Shown here one piece after another: positions 1 to 10,580 of a stretch of DNA of 64,000 bases. The DNA lies in assembly GCF_013167455.1 (NCBI RefSeq), contig NZ_CP038328.1; one strand, written 5' to 3'. The stretch is from Escherichia coli O157:H7 (lineage in GTDB: Bacteria; Pseudomonadota; Gammaproteobacteria; Enterobacterales; Enterobacteriaceae). The notes under the pieces are model-generated. The model did not search any database. It was given only the letters and a program-made list of their open reading frames with translations, and was not told where the DNA came from. The number at the start of each line of letters is the position of its first letter. The stretch's first letter is position 1. The position numbers were made by a program, and so were the translations under genes.

Positions 1-1
1 C

Positions 2-2062
2 GTCAGCGAGTTGATTACCGATGTGCCTGACAAAGAGATGCTCGGGCTGAACATTGTGGAATTTGCTGGTGATGATGAGGCGCTGATTGACGAGCGGGTA
101 AATGCACTCTGTGCGCGGTTGGATGAGCTGATCGCCAGTCATCAAGCAGGTGTCATCGGCTGGCAGATGTGCCGTGAGCTGGCGGGGGTTGAACGTATCT
201 ATGCAATGCGCAAAAAAGCCGTTGGTCTGCTTGGCAATGCCAAAGGTGCCGCTAAGCCAATTCCGTTTGCTGAGGATACCTGCGTACCGCCGGAACATCT
301 GGCCGATTATATTGCTGAATTTCGCGCGCTGCTCGACAGCCACGGCTTAAGCTACGGTATGTTCGGTCACGTCGACGCAGGTGTCTTGCATGTCCGTCCG
401 GCACTGGATATGTGCGATCCGCAACAAGAGATTTTGATGAAGCAAATCTCTGATGACGTGGTGGCGCTGACTGCGAAATACGGTGGTTTGTTGTGGGGCG
501 AGCACGGCAAAGGTTTTCGCGCTGAATACAGCCCGGCGTTTTTCGGTGAGGAACTTTTTGCAGAACTGCGCAAAGTGAAAGCGGCATTTGACCCGCATAA
601 CCGACTCAACCCAGGGAAGATTTGCCCGCCAGAAGGTCTCGATGCGCCGATGATGAAAGTGGACGCGGTGAAGCGCGGTACATTCGATCGGCAGATCCCC
701 ATTGCGGTACGCCAGCAGTGGCGCGGTGCGATGGAGTGTAACGGCAACGGTTTATGCTTCAACTTTGATGCCCGTAGTCCGATGTGTCCGTCGATGAAGA
801 TCACCCAGAACCGGATTCATTCACCGAAAGGGCGCGCAACGCTGGTGCGTGAATGGCTGCGTTTGTTGGCGGATCGCGGCGTTGATCCACTCAAACTGGA
901 ACAAGAACTGCCTGAATCCGGCGTCAGCTTGCGGACGTTAATTGCCCGCACGCGCAATAGCTGGCATGCGAATAAAGGCGAATATGACTTCTCACACGAA
1001 GTCAAAGAGGCGATGTCGGGCTGTCTGGCCTGTAAAGCTTGTTCGACCCAGTGCCCCATCAAAATTGATGTGCCGGAGTTTCGCTCTCGTTTTCTGCAGC
1101 TCTATCACACCCGTTATTTACGCCCGCTGCGCGACCACCTCGTCGCTACGGTCGAGAGCTACGCGCCGCTGATGGCACGCGCGCCGAAAACCTTTAACTT
1201 CTTCATTAACCAGCCGCTGGTGCGCAAACTCTCGGAAAAACATATCGGCATGGTTGATTTGCCGCTGCTGTCGGTCCCCTCGCTACAACAACAAATGGTG
1301 GGGCATCGCTCGGCAAACATGACGCTGGAACAGCTTGAATCTCTCAATGCAGAGCAGAAAGCGCGCACAGTGTTGGTGGTGCAGGACCCCTTTACCAGCT
1401 ATTACGATGCGCAAGTGGTGGCGGATTTTGTCCGTCTGGTCGAAAAATTAGGTTTCCAGCCTGTGTTACTGCCATTTTCGCCAAATGGCAAAGCCCAGCA
1501 TATTAAAGGTTTTCTTAATCGTTTTGCGAAGACGGCGAAAAAGACGGCGGATTTCCTCAACCGTATGGCGAAGCTGGGTATGCCAATGGTGGGCGTCGAT
1601 CCGGCGCTGGTACTTTGTTATCGCGATGAATATAAACTGGCGCTGGGCGAGGAGCGTGGCGAGTTTAACGTCTTACTGGCGAATGAATGGCTGGCAAGCG
1701 CACTTGAGTCACAGCCAGTGGCTACAGTCAGCGGTGAATCATGGTATTTCTTTGGTCACTGTACCGAAGTTACCGCCTTGCCGGGTGCGCCAGCACAATG
1801 GGCCGCGATATTTGCCCGTTTTGGCGCGAAACTGGAAAATGTCAGCGTGGGTTGCTGCGGCATGGCAGGGACTTACGGACATGAAGCGAAAAACCATAAA
1901 AATTCGCTCGGGATCTATGAGTTATCCTGGCATCAGGCTATGCAGCGACTGCCGCGTAACCGCTGTCTGGCGACCGGATATTCCTGCCGTAGTCAGGTCA
2001 AACGGGTTGAAGGCACGGGGGTACGCCATCCTGTGCAGGCTTTACTGGAGATTATTAAATGA
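2..2062 (+). CDS. ydiJ: FAD-linked oxidoreductase YdiJ, C-terminal part (5' end lies upstream of the window)
   Basis: Open frame from window edge to TAA at 2060-2062; Cys-rich 4Fe-4S-like motifs in translation (CxxCxxC...CP); lies upstream of menI/ydiH/suf as in K-12. Confidence 0.8.
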   Translation, partial: VSELITDVPDKEMLGLNIVEFAGDDEALIDERVNALCARLDELIASHQAGVIGWQMCRELAGVERIYAMRKKAVGLLGNAKGAAKPIPFAEDTCVPPEHLADYIAEFRALLDSHGLSYGMFGHVDAGVLHVRPALDMCDPQQEILMKQISDDVVALTAKYGGLLWGEHGKGFRAEYSPAFFGEELFAELRKVKAAFDPHNRLNPGKICPPEGLDAPMMKVDAVKRGTFDRQIPIAVRQQWRGAMECNGNGLCFNFDARSPMCPSMKITQNRIHSPKGRATLVREWLRLLADRGVDPLKLEQELPESGVSLRTLIARTRNSWHANKGEYDFSHEVKEAMSGCLACKACSTQCPIKIDVPEFRSRFLQLYHTRYLRPLRDHLVATVESYAPLMARAPKTFNFFINQPLVRKLSEKHIGMVDLPLLSVPSLQQQMVGHRSANMTLEQLESLNAEQKARTVLVVQDPFTSYYDAQVVADFVRLVEKLGFQPVLLPFSPNGKAQHIKGFLNRFAKTAKKTADFLNRMAKLGMPMVGVDPALVLCYRDEYKLALGEERGEFNVLLANEWLASALESQPVATVSGESWYFFGHCTEVTALPGAPAQWAAIFARFGAKLENVSVGCCGMAGTYGHEAKNHKNSLGIYELSWHQAMQRLPRNRCLATGYSCRSQVKRVEGTGVRHPVQALLEIIK

Positions 2063-2469
2063 TATGGAAACGAAAAATCCCCCTGGAAGCACTGAATGCC
2101 ATGGGTGAAGGAAACATGGTGGGGTTACTGGATATTCGCTTTGAACATATTGGTGATGACGCCCTTGAAGCGACAATGCCAGTAGACTCGCGGACAAAGC
2201 AGCCTTTCGGGTTGCTACATGGAGGTGCATCCGTGGTACTGGCCGAAAGTATCGGTTCCGTTGCCGGTTATTTATGTACCGAAGGTGAGCAAAAAGTGGT
2301 TGGTCTGGAAATCAATGCTAACCACGTCCGCTCGGCACGAGAAGGGCGGGTGCGCGGCGTATGCAAACCGTTGCATCTCGGTTCGCGTCACCAGGTCTGG
2401 CAGATTGAAATCTCCGATGAGAAAGGGCGTTTGTGCTGTTCGTCACGATTGACGACCGCCATTTTGTGA
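2059..2469 (+). CDS. menI: 1,4-dihydroxy-2-naphthoyl-CoA thioesterase (hotdog fold), 136 aa
   Basis: 136-aa ORF; start overlaps ydiJ stop by 4 nt (ATGA); translation matches remembered YdiI/MenI; synteny. Confidence 0.85.
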   Translation: MIWKRKIPLEALNAMGEGNMVGLLDIRFEHIGDDALEATMPVDSRTKQPFGLLHGGASVVLAESIGSVAGYLCTEGEQKVVGLEINANHVRSAREGRVRGVCKPLHLGSRHQVWQIEISDEKGRLCCSSRLTTAIL

Positions 2470-2568
2470 CGTTGTCACCAGAAAAGTGTGACGCATATTG
2501 CTTTTGGTCATTATCTGCACAGTAAACGGTGGTATACTGTGCAGGTCTTGTCTAAAAGCGAGGATGCT

Positions 2569-2757
2569 ATGTCTACTCAACTTGATCCCACCCAGCTGGC
2601 CATTGAATTTTTACGCCGTGACCAGAGCAATCTTTCACCTGCCCAATATCTTAAACGTCTGAAACAACTAGAACTTGAATTTGCTGACCTGCTTACTCTC
2701 TCTTCTGCTGAATTAAAAGAAGAAATCTACTTTGCCTGGCGTCTGGGCGTGCATTGA
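2569..2757 (+). CDS. ydiH: Small uncharacterised protein YdiH (62 aa)
   Basis: ATG at 2569 preceded by aggatg; 62 codons to TGA; 89-aa track ORF is an upstream extension; synteny. Confidence 0.55.
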   Translation: MSTQLDPTQLAIEFLRRDQSNLSPAQYLKRLKQLELEFADLLTLSSAELKEEIYFAWRLGVH

Positions 2758-2982
2758 TCCTGACTTAATGCCGCAAGTTCGCCAAATCGACCTGGATTAA
2801 CCTCCGTCCAGGTTCGATGACCTTCTTAATACTGCTTATCTACCCGCCTGATATTGTTCAAAAATAATACTAATCGCAGTTTGTGTTAAAACGGCGGCTT
2901 AGCTTTATGAGATTATTCTTATCGTCCCTTCAAGAGCTAAGCCACTGAGAGTGCCGGAGATAAGCGCCGGATGGGGTAGAAA

Positions 2983-3020
2983 CCCTTAAGCCTGTGTCGC
3001 ACAGACTTAAGGGTTTTCTT
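2983..3020 (+). terminator. Rho-independent terminator hairpin (possibly 3' end of sRNA RydB)
   Basis: Near-perfect inverted repeat cccttaagcctgtg / cacagacttaaggg followed by ttttcttatttc on + strand, about 225 nt past ydiH stop. Confidence 0.5.
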
Positions 3021-3099
3021 ATTTCTGAACGCTGCACTTTTTTACCTATCTCTTAAATAGTCATTTTCAATACAACTTTTTCTTTTTCATCACAGCCTT

Positions 3100-3305
3100 A
3101 ATGCTCCTTAGATAATAATCATTATCTAACAATGAGATACCTAATTCTTAGCGTGCCTGTTAACCCACACATCAGGGTCTATGCTTATTAAAAGCAGGCA
3201 AAAAGCATGTTTTACGGTAAAGCCCCTGCCTTTGCTGGGTTGAACTGATAATCATTATCACTAACATGCTGTTATACGCTGAAAGCGATGAAGTGAGGTA
3301 AATCG
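3100..3305 (+). promoter_or_regulatory. sufA promoter/operator region with two Fur-box-like motifs
   Basis: gataataatcattatct at 3111-3127 and gataatcattatcactaac at 3247-3265, both resembling Fur consensus GATAATGATAATCATTATC; the second lies about 45-60 nt upstream of sufA ATG. Confidence 0.5.
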
Positions 3306-3674
3306 ATGGACATGCATTCAGGAACCTTTAATCCACAGGATTTCGCCTGGCAAGGCTTAACGCTGACACCCGCAGCCGCTGTCCACATCCGCGAGCTGGT
3401 GGCAAAGCAGCCGGGTATGGTCGGCGTGCGCTTAGGTGTGAAGCAAACGGGCTGCGCGGGCTTTGGCTATGTGCTCGACAGTGTTAGCGAGCCGGACAAA
3501 GACGATCTGCTGTTTGAACACGACGGCGCGAAGCTGTTTGTCCCGCTGCAAGCGATGCCGTTTATTGATGGCACGGAAGTCGATTTCGTTCGTGAAGGAC
3601 TTAATCAGATATTCAAATTTCACAACCCTAAAGCCCAGAATGAATGTGGCTGTGGCGAAAGCTTTGGGGTATAG
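3306..3674 (+). CDS. sufA: Fe-S cluster A-type carrier SufA
   Basis: 122-aa ORF with C-terminal CGCGESF motif; first gene of suf operon. Confidence 0.9.
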   Translation: MDMHSGTFNPQDFAWQGLTLTPAAAVHIRELVAKQPGMVGVRLGVKQTGCAGFGYVLDSVSEPDKDDLLFEHDGAKLFVPLQAMPFIDGTEVDFVREGLNQIFKFHNPKAQNECGCGESFGV

Positions 3675-3682
3675 GCGGTACT

Positions 3683-5170
3683 ATGTCTCGTAATACTGAA
3701 GCAACTGACGATGTCAAAACCTGGACCGGCGGCCCGCTGAATTATAAAGAAGGATTCTTCACCCAGTTAGCCACCGATGAGCTGGCAAAGGGGATAAACG
3801 AAGAGGTGGTGCGCGCAATTTCGGCGAAGCGTAATGAGCCGGAGTGGATGCTGGAGTTTCGTCTAAACGCCTATCGCGCATGGCTGGAGATGGAAGAACC
3901 GCACTGGTTGAAAGCGCACTACGACAAGCTGAATTATCAGGATTACAGCTACTACTCGGCACCATCGTGCGGTAATTGTGACGACACTTGCGCGTCTGAA
4001 CCTGGCGCGGTGCAGCAAACTGGCGCGAACGCCTTTTTAAGTAAAGAGGTGGAGGCGGCGTTTGAGCAGTTGGGTGTTCCCGTGCGGGAAGGCAAAGAGG
4101 TGGCGGTGGATGCCATTTTCGACTCAGTTTCGGTTGCCACTACTTATCGCGAAAAACTGGCGGAGCAGGGAATTATTTTCTGTTCCTTTGGTGAGGCGAT
4201 CCACGATCACCCGGAACTGGTGCGTAAATATCTCGGCACCGTGGTGCCGGGGAATGACAACTTCTTTGCCGCGCTTAATGCGGCGGTAGTCTCTGACGGT
4301 ACGTTTATTTATGTGCCTAAAGGCGTGCGCTGCCCGATGGAACTTTCCACCTATTTTCGCATTAACGCGGAAAAAACCGGACAGTTTGAGCGCACCATTC
4401 TGGTGGCCGACGAAGACAGCTACGTCAGCTACATTGAAGGCTGTTCCGCTCCGGTGCGTGACAGCTATCAGTTGCACGCGGCAGTGGTGGAAGTCATCAT
4501 CCATAAAAACGCCGAGGTGAAATATTCCACGGTACAAAACTGGTTCCCTGGCGATAACAACACCGGCGGTATTCTCAACTTCGTCACCAAGCGTGCTTTG
4601 TGCGAAGGCGAAAACAGCAAAATGTCATGGACGCAATCAGAAACCGGGTCAGCGATTACGTGGAAATATCCCAGCTGCATTTTGCGCGGCGATAACTCCA
4701 TTGGTGAGTTTTACTCAGTGGCGCTGACCAGCGGTCATCAGCAAGCGGATACCGGCACCAAGATGATCCACATCGGTAAAAACACCAAATCGACCATTAT
4801 CTCGAAAGGGATCTCTGCCGGACATAGCCAGAACAGTTATCGCGGCTTAGTGAAAATCATGCCGACGGCAACCAATGCGCGCAATTTCACTCAGTGCGAC
4901 TCAATGCTGATTGGCGCTAATTGTGGGGCGCATACCTTCCCGTATGTCGAATGTCGCAATAACAGCGCACAACTGGAGCACGAGGCAACGACATCACGTA
5001 TTGGTGAAGATCAACTGTTTTACTGCCTGCAACGCGGGATCAGCGAAGAAGACGCCATCTCGATGATTGTTAACGGTTTCTGCAAAGACGTGTTCTCAGA
5101 ACTGCCGCTGGAATTTGCCGTTGAAGCACAAAAACTCCTCGCCATCAGTCTTGAACACAGCGTCGGATAA
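3683..5170 (+). CDS. sufB: Fe-S cluster assembly scaffold SufB (495 aa)
   Basis: Start chosen at ATG 3683 ([14 protein letters not shown]), not track start 3644 which overlaps sufA; translation matches SufB. Confidence 0.9.
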   Translation: MSRNTEATDDVKTWTGGPLNYKEGFFTQLATDELAKGINEEVVRAISAKRNEPEWMLEFRLNAYRAWLEMEEPHWLKAHYDKLNYQDYSYYSAPSCGNCDDTCASEPGAVQQTGANAFLSKEVEAAFEQLGVPVREGKEVAVDAIFDSVSVATTYREKLAEQGIIFCSFGEAIHDHPELVRKYLGTVVPGNDNFFAALNAAVVSDGTFIYVPKGVRCPMELSTYFRINAEKTGQFERTILVADEDSYVSYIEGCSAPVRDSYQLHAAVVEVIIHKNAEVKYSTVQNWFPGDNNTGGILNFVTKRALCEGENSKMSWTQSETGSAITWKYPSCILRGDNSIGEFYSVALTSGHQQADTGTKMIHIGKNTKSTIISKGISAGHSQNSYRGLVKIMPTATNARNFTQCDSMLIGANCGAHTFPYVECRNNSAQLEHEATTSRIGEDQLFYCLQRGISEEDAISMIVNGFCKDVFSELPLEFAVEAQKLLAISLEHSVG

Positions 5171-5179
5171 GGAATAAAC

Positions 5180-5926
5180 ATGTTAAGTATTAAAGATTTA
5201 CACGTCAGCGTGGAAGATAAAGCTATCCTGCGTGGATTAAGCCTCGACGTTCGTCCCGGCGAAGTTCACGCCATTATGGGGCCAAACGGTTCGGGCAAAA
5301 GTACCTTATCGGCAACGCTTGCCGGGCGAGAAGATTATGAAGTGACGGGCGGCACGGTTGAGTTCAAAGGCAAAGATTTGCTTGCACTGTCGCCGGAAGA
5401 TCGTGCAGGCGAAGGCATCTTTATGGCCTTCCAGTATCCGGTGGAGATTCCAGGTGTCAGTAACCAGTTTTTCCTGCAAACGGCACTTAATGCGGTGCGC
5501 AGCTATCGCGGCCAGGAAACGCTCGACCGCTTTGATTTTCAGGATTTGATGGAAGAGAAAATCGCTCTCCTGAAGATGCCGGAAGATTTATTAACCCGTT
5601 CGGTAAACGTTGGTTTTTCCGGCGGCGAGAAAAAGCGCAACGATATTTTGCAAATGGCGGTGCTGGAACCGGAGTTATGCATTCTTGATGAATCGGACTC
5701 CGGGCTGGATATCGACGCATTAAAAGTGGTCGCCGATGGCGTGAACTCGCTGCGTGATGGCAAGCGCTCATTCATCATTGTTACGCACTACCAACGCATT
5801 CTCGACTACATCAAGCCTGATTACGTTCATGTGCTATATCAGGGACGAATTGTGAAATCCGGCGATTTCACGTTGGTCAAACAACTGGAGGAGCAGGGTT
5901 ATGGCTGGCTTACCGAACAGCAGTAA
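5180..5926 (+). CDS. sufC: Fe-S cluster assembly ATPase SufC
   Basis: 248 aa; Walker A GPNGSGKST; ABC signature SGGEKKR. Confidence 0.92.
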   Translation: MLSIKDLHVSVEDKAILRGLSLDVRPGEVHAIMGPNGSGKSTLSATLAGREDYEVTGGTVEFKGKDLLALSPEDRAGEGIFMAFQYPVEIPGVSNQFFLQTALNAVRSYRGQETLDRFDFQDLMEEKIALLKMPEDLLTRSVNVGFSGGEKKRNDILQMAVLEPELCILDESDSGLDIDALKVVADGVNSLRDGKRSFIIVTHYQRILDYIKPDYVHVLYQGRIVKSGDFTLVKQLEEQGYGWLTEQQ

Positions 5927-7172
5927 CGCGCTGCAACAGTGGCATCACTTGTTTGAAGCTGAAGGGACAAAACGCTCCCCGCAAGCACAGCAGCATTTAC
6001 AACAATTGCTGCGTACCGGACTGCCGACACGTAAACATGAAAACTGGAAATATACGCCGCTGGAAGGGCTGACCAATAGTCAGTTTGTCAGCATTGCGGG
6101 AGAGATATCCCCACAGCAGCGAGATGCCTTAGCGTTAACGTTAGACGCTGTGCGGCTGGTATTTGTCGATGGACGTTACGTGCCTGCGCTGAGCGATGCG
6201 ACTGAAGGCAGCGGGTATGAAGTGAGCATTAACGACGACCGTCAGGGGTTACCCGATGCTATTCAGGCGGAAGTGTTTCTGCATTTGACGGAAAGCCTGG
6301 CACAAAGCGTGACGCATATCGCCGTGAAGCGCGGTCAACGGCCGGCAAAGCCATTGCTGTTAATGCATATCACCCAGGGCGTGGCAGGTGAAGAGGTGAA
6401 CACTGCCCATTACCGACATCATCTGGAGCTGGCGGAAGGTGCCGAAGCAACGGTGATCGAACATTTTGTCAGCCTTAATGATGCTCGTCATTTTACCGGG
6501 GCACGGTTCTCTATCAACGTCGCAGCGAATGCCCACTTGCAGCATATCAAGCTGGCGTTTGAAAACCCGCTCAGTCACCACTTTGCCCATAACGATTTGT
6601 TGCTGGCTGACGATGCCACCGCATTTAGCCACAGTTTCCTGCTGGGTGGCGCAGTGTTACGACACAACACCAGTACGCAACTCAATGGCGAAAACTGCAC
6701 GCTGCGGATCAATAGCCTGGCGATGCCGGTGAAAAACGAGGTGTGTGATACCCGTACCTGGCTGGAACACAATAAAGGTTTTTGTAACAGCCGACAGTTG
6801 CACAAAACTATCGTCAGCGACAAAGGCCGCGCGGTATTTAACGGTTTGATCAACGTCGCGCAGCACGCCATCAAAACGGATGGTCAGATGACCAACAATA
6901 ATCTGCTGATGGGCAAACTGGCGGAAGTGGATACGAAACCGCAGCTGGAAATCTATGCAGATGATGTGAAATGCAGCCACGGCGCGACGGTGGGGCGTAT
7001 TGATGATGAACAGATGTTCTATCTGCGCTCGCGCGGGATCAATCAGCAGGATGCCCAGCAGATGATCATTTACGCCTTTGCTGCCGAACTGACGGAAGCA
7101 CTGCGTGATGAGGGGCTTAAACAGCAGGTGCTGACCCGAATCGGTCAACGGCTGCCAGGAGGTGCAAGATGA
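5901..7172 (+). CDS. sufD: Fe-S cluster assembly protein SufD
   Basis: 423 aa; overlaps sufC by 26 nt; synteny. Confidence 0.9.
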
Positions 7173-8389
7173 CTTTTTCCGTCGACAAAGTGCGGGCCGA
7201 CTTTCCGGTGCTTTCGCGTGAGGTAAACGGTTTGCCGCTGGCTTATCTCGACAGCGCCGCCAGTGCGCAGAAACCGAGCCAGGTGATTGACGCCGAGGCC
7301 GAGTTTTATCGTCATGGCTACGCGGCGGTGCATCGCGGTATTCATACCTTAAGCGCCCAGGCGACCGAGAAAATGGAGAACGTGCGCAAGCGGGCATCGC
7401 TGTTTATTAATGCCCGTTCGGCGGAAGAGCTGGTGTTCGTCCGCGGCACGACGGAAGGGATCAATCTGGTCGCCAATAGCTGGGGCAACAGCAACGTGCG
7501 GGCGGGCGATAACATCATCATAAGTCAGATGGAGCACCACGCTAACATTGTTCCCTGGCAGATGCTTTGCGCACGCGTTGGCGCAGAGCTGCGTGTGATC
7601 CCGCTCAATCCCGACGGTACGTTGCAACTGGAGACGCTGCCTACGCTGTTTGATGAGAAAACTCGCCTGCTGGCAATTACTCATGTCTCCAACGTGCTTG
7701 GCACAGAAAATCCACTGGCGGAAATGATCACGCTTGCGCACCAGCATGGCGCAAAAGTGCTGGTGGATGGCGCTCAGGCGGTGATGCATCATCCGGTGGA
7801 TGTTCAGGCGCTGGATTGCGATTTTTACGTGTTTTCCGGGCATAAACTGTATGGCCCCACCGGGATTGGCATTCTTTATGTCAAAGAAGCCTTGCTACAG
7901 GAGATGCCGCCGTGGGAAGGGGGCGGTTCTATGATCGCCACCGTCAGCCTGAGTGAAGGCACTACCTGGACCAAAGCACCGTGGCGGTTTGAAGCCGGTA
8001 CACCCAATACCGGGGGCATCATTGGTCTTGGCGCGGCGCTGGAGTATGTTTCGGCGCAGGGGCTTAATAACATAGCCGAGTATGAACAGAATCTGATGCA
8101 TTACGCGCTATCACAGCTGGAATCTGTACCGGATCTCACTCTCTATGGCCCACAAAACAGGCTTGGCGTTATTGCTTTTAATCTCGGTAAACACCACGCC
8201 TATGATGTTGGCAGTTTTCTCGATAATTACGGCATTGCTGTGCGTACCGGACATCACTGCGCTATGCCATTAATGGCCTATTATAACGTCCCTGCTATGT
8301 GTCGGGCGTCGCTGGCCATGTATAACACCCATGAAGAAGTGGATCGTCTGGTGACCGGACTGCAACGTATTCACCGTCTGCTGGGATAA
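7169..8389 (+). CDS. sufS: Cysteine desulfurase SufS (PLP-dependent)
   Basis: 406 aa; 4-nt overlap with sufD; aminotransferase class V motifs (e.g. [12 protein letters not shown]). Confidence 0.92.
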
Positions 8390-8401
8390 CAGGGAGGCAC
8401 T

Positions 8402-8818
8402 ATGGCTTTATTGCCGGATAAAGAAAAGTTGCTGCGTAATTTTTTACGCTGCGCCAACTGGGAAGAGAAATATCTCTACATTATTGAGCTGGGCCAGCGT
8501 CTGCCAGAATTACGCGACGAAGACAGAAGCCCACAAAATAGCATTCAGGGCTGCCAGAGTCAGGTGTGGATTGTCATGCGTCAGAATGCGCAGGGAATTA
8601 TTGAATTGCAGGGCGACAGCGATGCGGCGATTGTGAAAGGGCTTATTGCGGTCGTCTTTATTCTCTACGATCAGATGACGCCGCAGGATGTTGTCAATTT
8701 CGATGTGCGTCCGTGGTTTGAAAAAATGGCACTCACCCAACATCTCACCCCATCTCGTTCACAAGGTCTGGAAGCGATGATTCGCGCAATTCGCGCCAAA
8801 GCCGCTGCACTTAGCTAA
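8402..8818 (+). CDS. sufE: Sulfur acceptor SufE
   Basis: 138 aa; follows sufS. Confidence 0.9.
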   Translation: MALLPDKEKLLRNFLRCANWEEKYLYIIELGQRLPELRDEDRSPQNSIQGCQSQVWIVMRQNAQGIIELQGDSDAAIVKGLIAVVFILYDQMTPQDVVNFDVRPWFEKMALTQHLTPSRSQGLEAMIRAIRAKAAALS

Positions 8819-8966
8819 ACTAAAGGGACAGCTTTCATCCGGTTGGCTCACATTGCCGGATGGTCAATGTTTACACTGACCTGCACAGGAGTGTTTCGGT
8901 TTCAGGTGAACATAAGCGCCATCCGACGTTTCAGCGTGAGTCTCCGGCAAATACAGGAGGTTTACA

Positions 8967-9971
8967 ATGAAACGCGCGTCTTTGCTTACACTCACGCTTA
9001 TCGGCGCTTTTAGTGCCATCCAGGCTGCCTGGGCGGTTGATTATCCGCTACCACCAACCGGAAGCCGACTGGTTGGGCAAAATCAAACGTATACGGTGCA
9101 GGAAGGGGATAAAAACCTTCAGGCCATCGCCCGACGTTTTGATACTGCGGCAATGTTGATCCTTGAAGCCAATAACACTATCGCCCCGGTGCCAAAACCC
9201 GGTACGACGATAACTATTCCTTCGCAACTGTTATTACCTGATGCGCCGCGTCAGGGGATTATCGTTAACCTTGCAGAGCTGCGCCTTTATTATTATCCGC
9301 CGGGAGAAAATATCGTGCAGGTTTATCCGATAGGTATTGGCTTGCAGGGGCTGGAAACGCCAGTGATGGAAACGCGTGTGGGGCAGAAAATCCCTAACCC
9401 AACCTGGACGCCTACGGCAGGCATTCGTCAACGTTCGCTGGAGCGTGGCATTAAATTACCGCCAGTCGTTCCTGCCGGACCAAATAACCCGCTAGGACGT
9501 TACGCACTGCGCCTCGCGCATGGTAATGGCGAATACCTCATTCATGGCACCAGTGCGCCGGACAGCGTCGGTTTGCGCGTCAGTTCAGGGTGTATTCGCA
9601 TGAATGCACCGGATATTAAAGCCTTGTTCTCCAGCGTGCGGACGGGAACGCCGGTGAAAGTGATCAACGAACCAGTGAAATATTCCGTGGAGCCTAACGG
9701 GATGCGTTATGTTGAAGTACATCGACCACTATCGGCAGAAGAACAGCAGAACGTTCAGACAATGCCATACACACTGCCAGCAGGCTTTACGCAATTTAAA
9801 GACAATAAGGCTGTAGATCAGAAGTTAGTCGATAAAGCGTTGTATCGTCGGGCAGGGTATCCGGTTGCGGTGAGCAGTGGAGCAACTCCCACAGCCAGCA
9901 ATGCGCCTTCAGTAGAGTCAGCGCAGAATGGTGAACCAGAGCAAGGGAATATGTTACGCGCGACGCAGTAG
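8967..9971 (+). CDS. ldtE: L,D-transpeptidase LdtE (YnhG), LysM + YkuD domains
   Basis: 334 aa; signal peptide; catalytic HGTS...SSGCIRM motif. Confidence 0.85.
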   Translation: MKRASLLTLTLIGAFSAIQAAWAVDYPLPPTGSRLVGQNQTYTVQEGDKNLQAIARRFDTAAMLILEANNTIAPVPKPGTTITIPSQLLLPDAPRQGIIVNLAELRLYYYPPGENIVQVYPIGIGLQGLETPVMETRVGQKIPNPTWTPTAGIRQRSLERGIKLPPVVPAGPNNPLGRYALRLAHGNGEYLIHGTSAPDSVGLRVSSGCIRMNAPDIKALFSSVRTGTPVKVINEPVKYSVEPNGMRYVEVHRPLSAEEQQNVQTMPYTLPAGFTQFKDNKAVDQKLVDKALYRRAGYPVAVSSGATPTASNAPSVESAQNGEPEQGNMLRATQ

Positions 9972-9985
9972 TGGTAAATAGCAGA

Positions 9986-10018
9986 CAAAAAAATGGCGCA
10001 CAATGTGCGCCATTTTTC
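9986..10018. terminator. Bidirectional terminator between ldtE (+) and lpp (-)
   Basis: aaaaaaatggcgcacaatgtgcgccattttt: perfect hairpin flanked by A-run and T-run. Confidence 0.75.
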
Positions 10019-10033
10019 ACTTCACAGGTACTA

Positions 10034-10282
<249 letters not shown>

Positions 10283-10523
10283 CTAGATTGAGTTAATCTC
10301 CATGTAGCGTTACAAGTATTACACAAAGTTTTTTATGTTGAGAATATTTTTTTGATGGGAAGGCACTTATTTTTGATCGTTCGCTCAAAGAAGCATCGAA
10401 CGCTGGGTTTTAGATAAAAAAATTGAGAGAAAACAGGATGCTTCCATCGGATTCATCTTAGATAAAGTGAGATTATATAGTGAAATCCGATTTGATTTTT
10501 TATTGCTTCTGGTTATCGATTAA

Positions 10524-10550
10524 ATAAAAAAAGCGCCCATCAGGGCGCTT
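10524..10550 (-). terminator. pykF rho-independent terminator
   Basis: + strand aaaaaaagcgcccatcagggcgctt; on minus strand a GC hairpin followed by a U-run, just past pykF stop. Confidence 0.7.
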
Positions 10551-10580
10551 CGATATACAAATTAATTCACAAAAGCAATA

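Noticed and set aside
3644-3682. Longer sufB start at ATG 3644 (508 aa) overlapping the sufA 3' end
   Set aside because: The downstream ATG at 3683 yields the canonical SufB N-terminus [10 protein letters not shown] and avoids a 31-nt out-of-frame overlap with sufA.
6657-7397. 246-aa minus-strand ORF overlapping sufD and the sufS start
   Set aside because: Antisense to two conserved suf genes, with no RBS or motif support. Shadow ORF.
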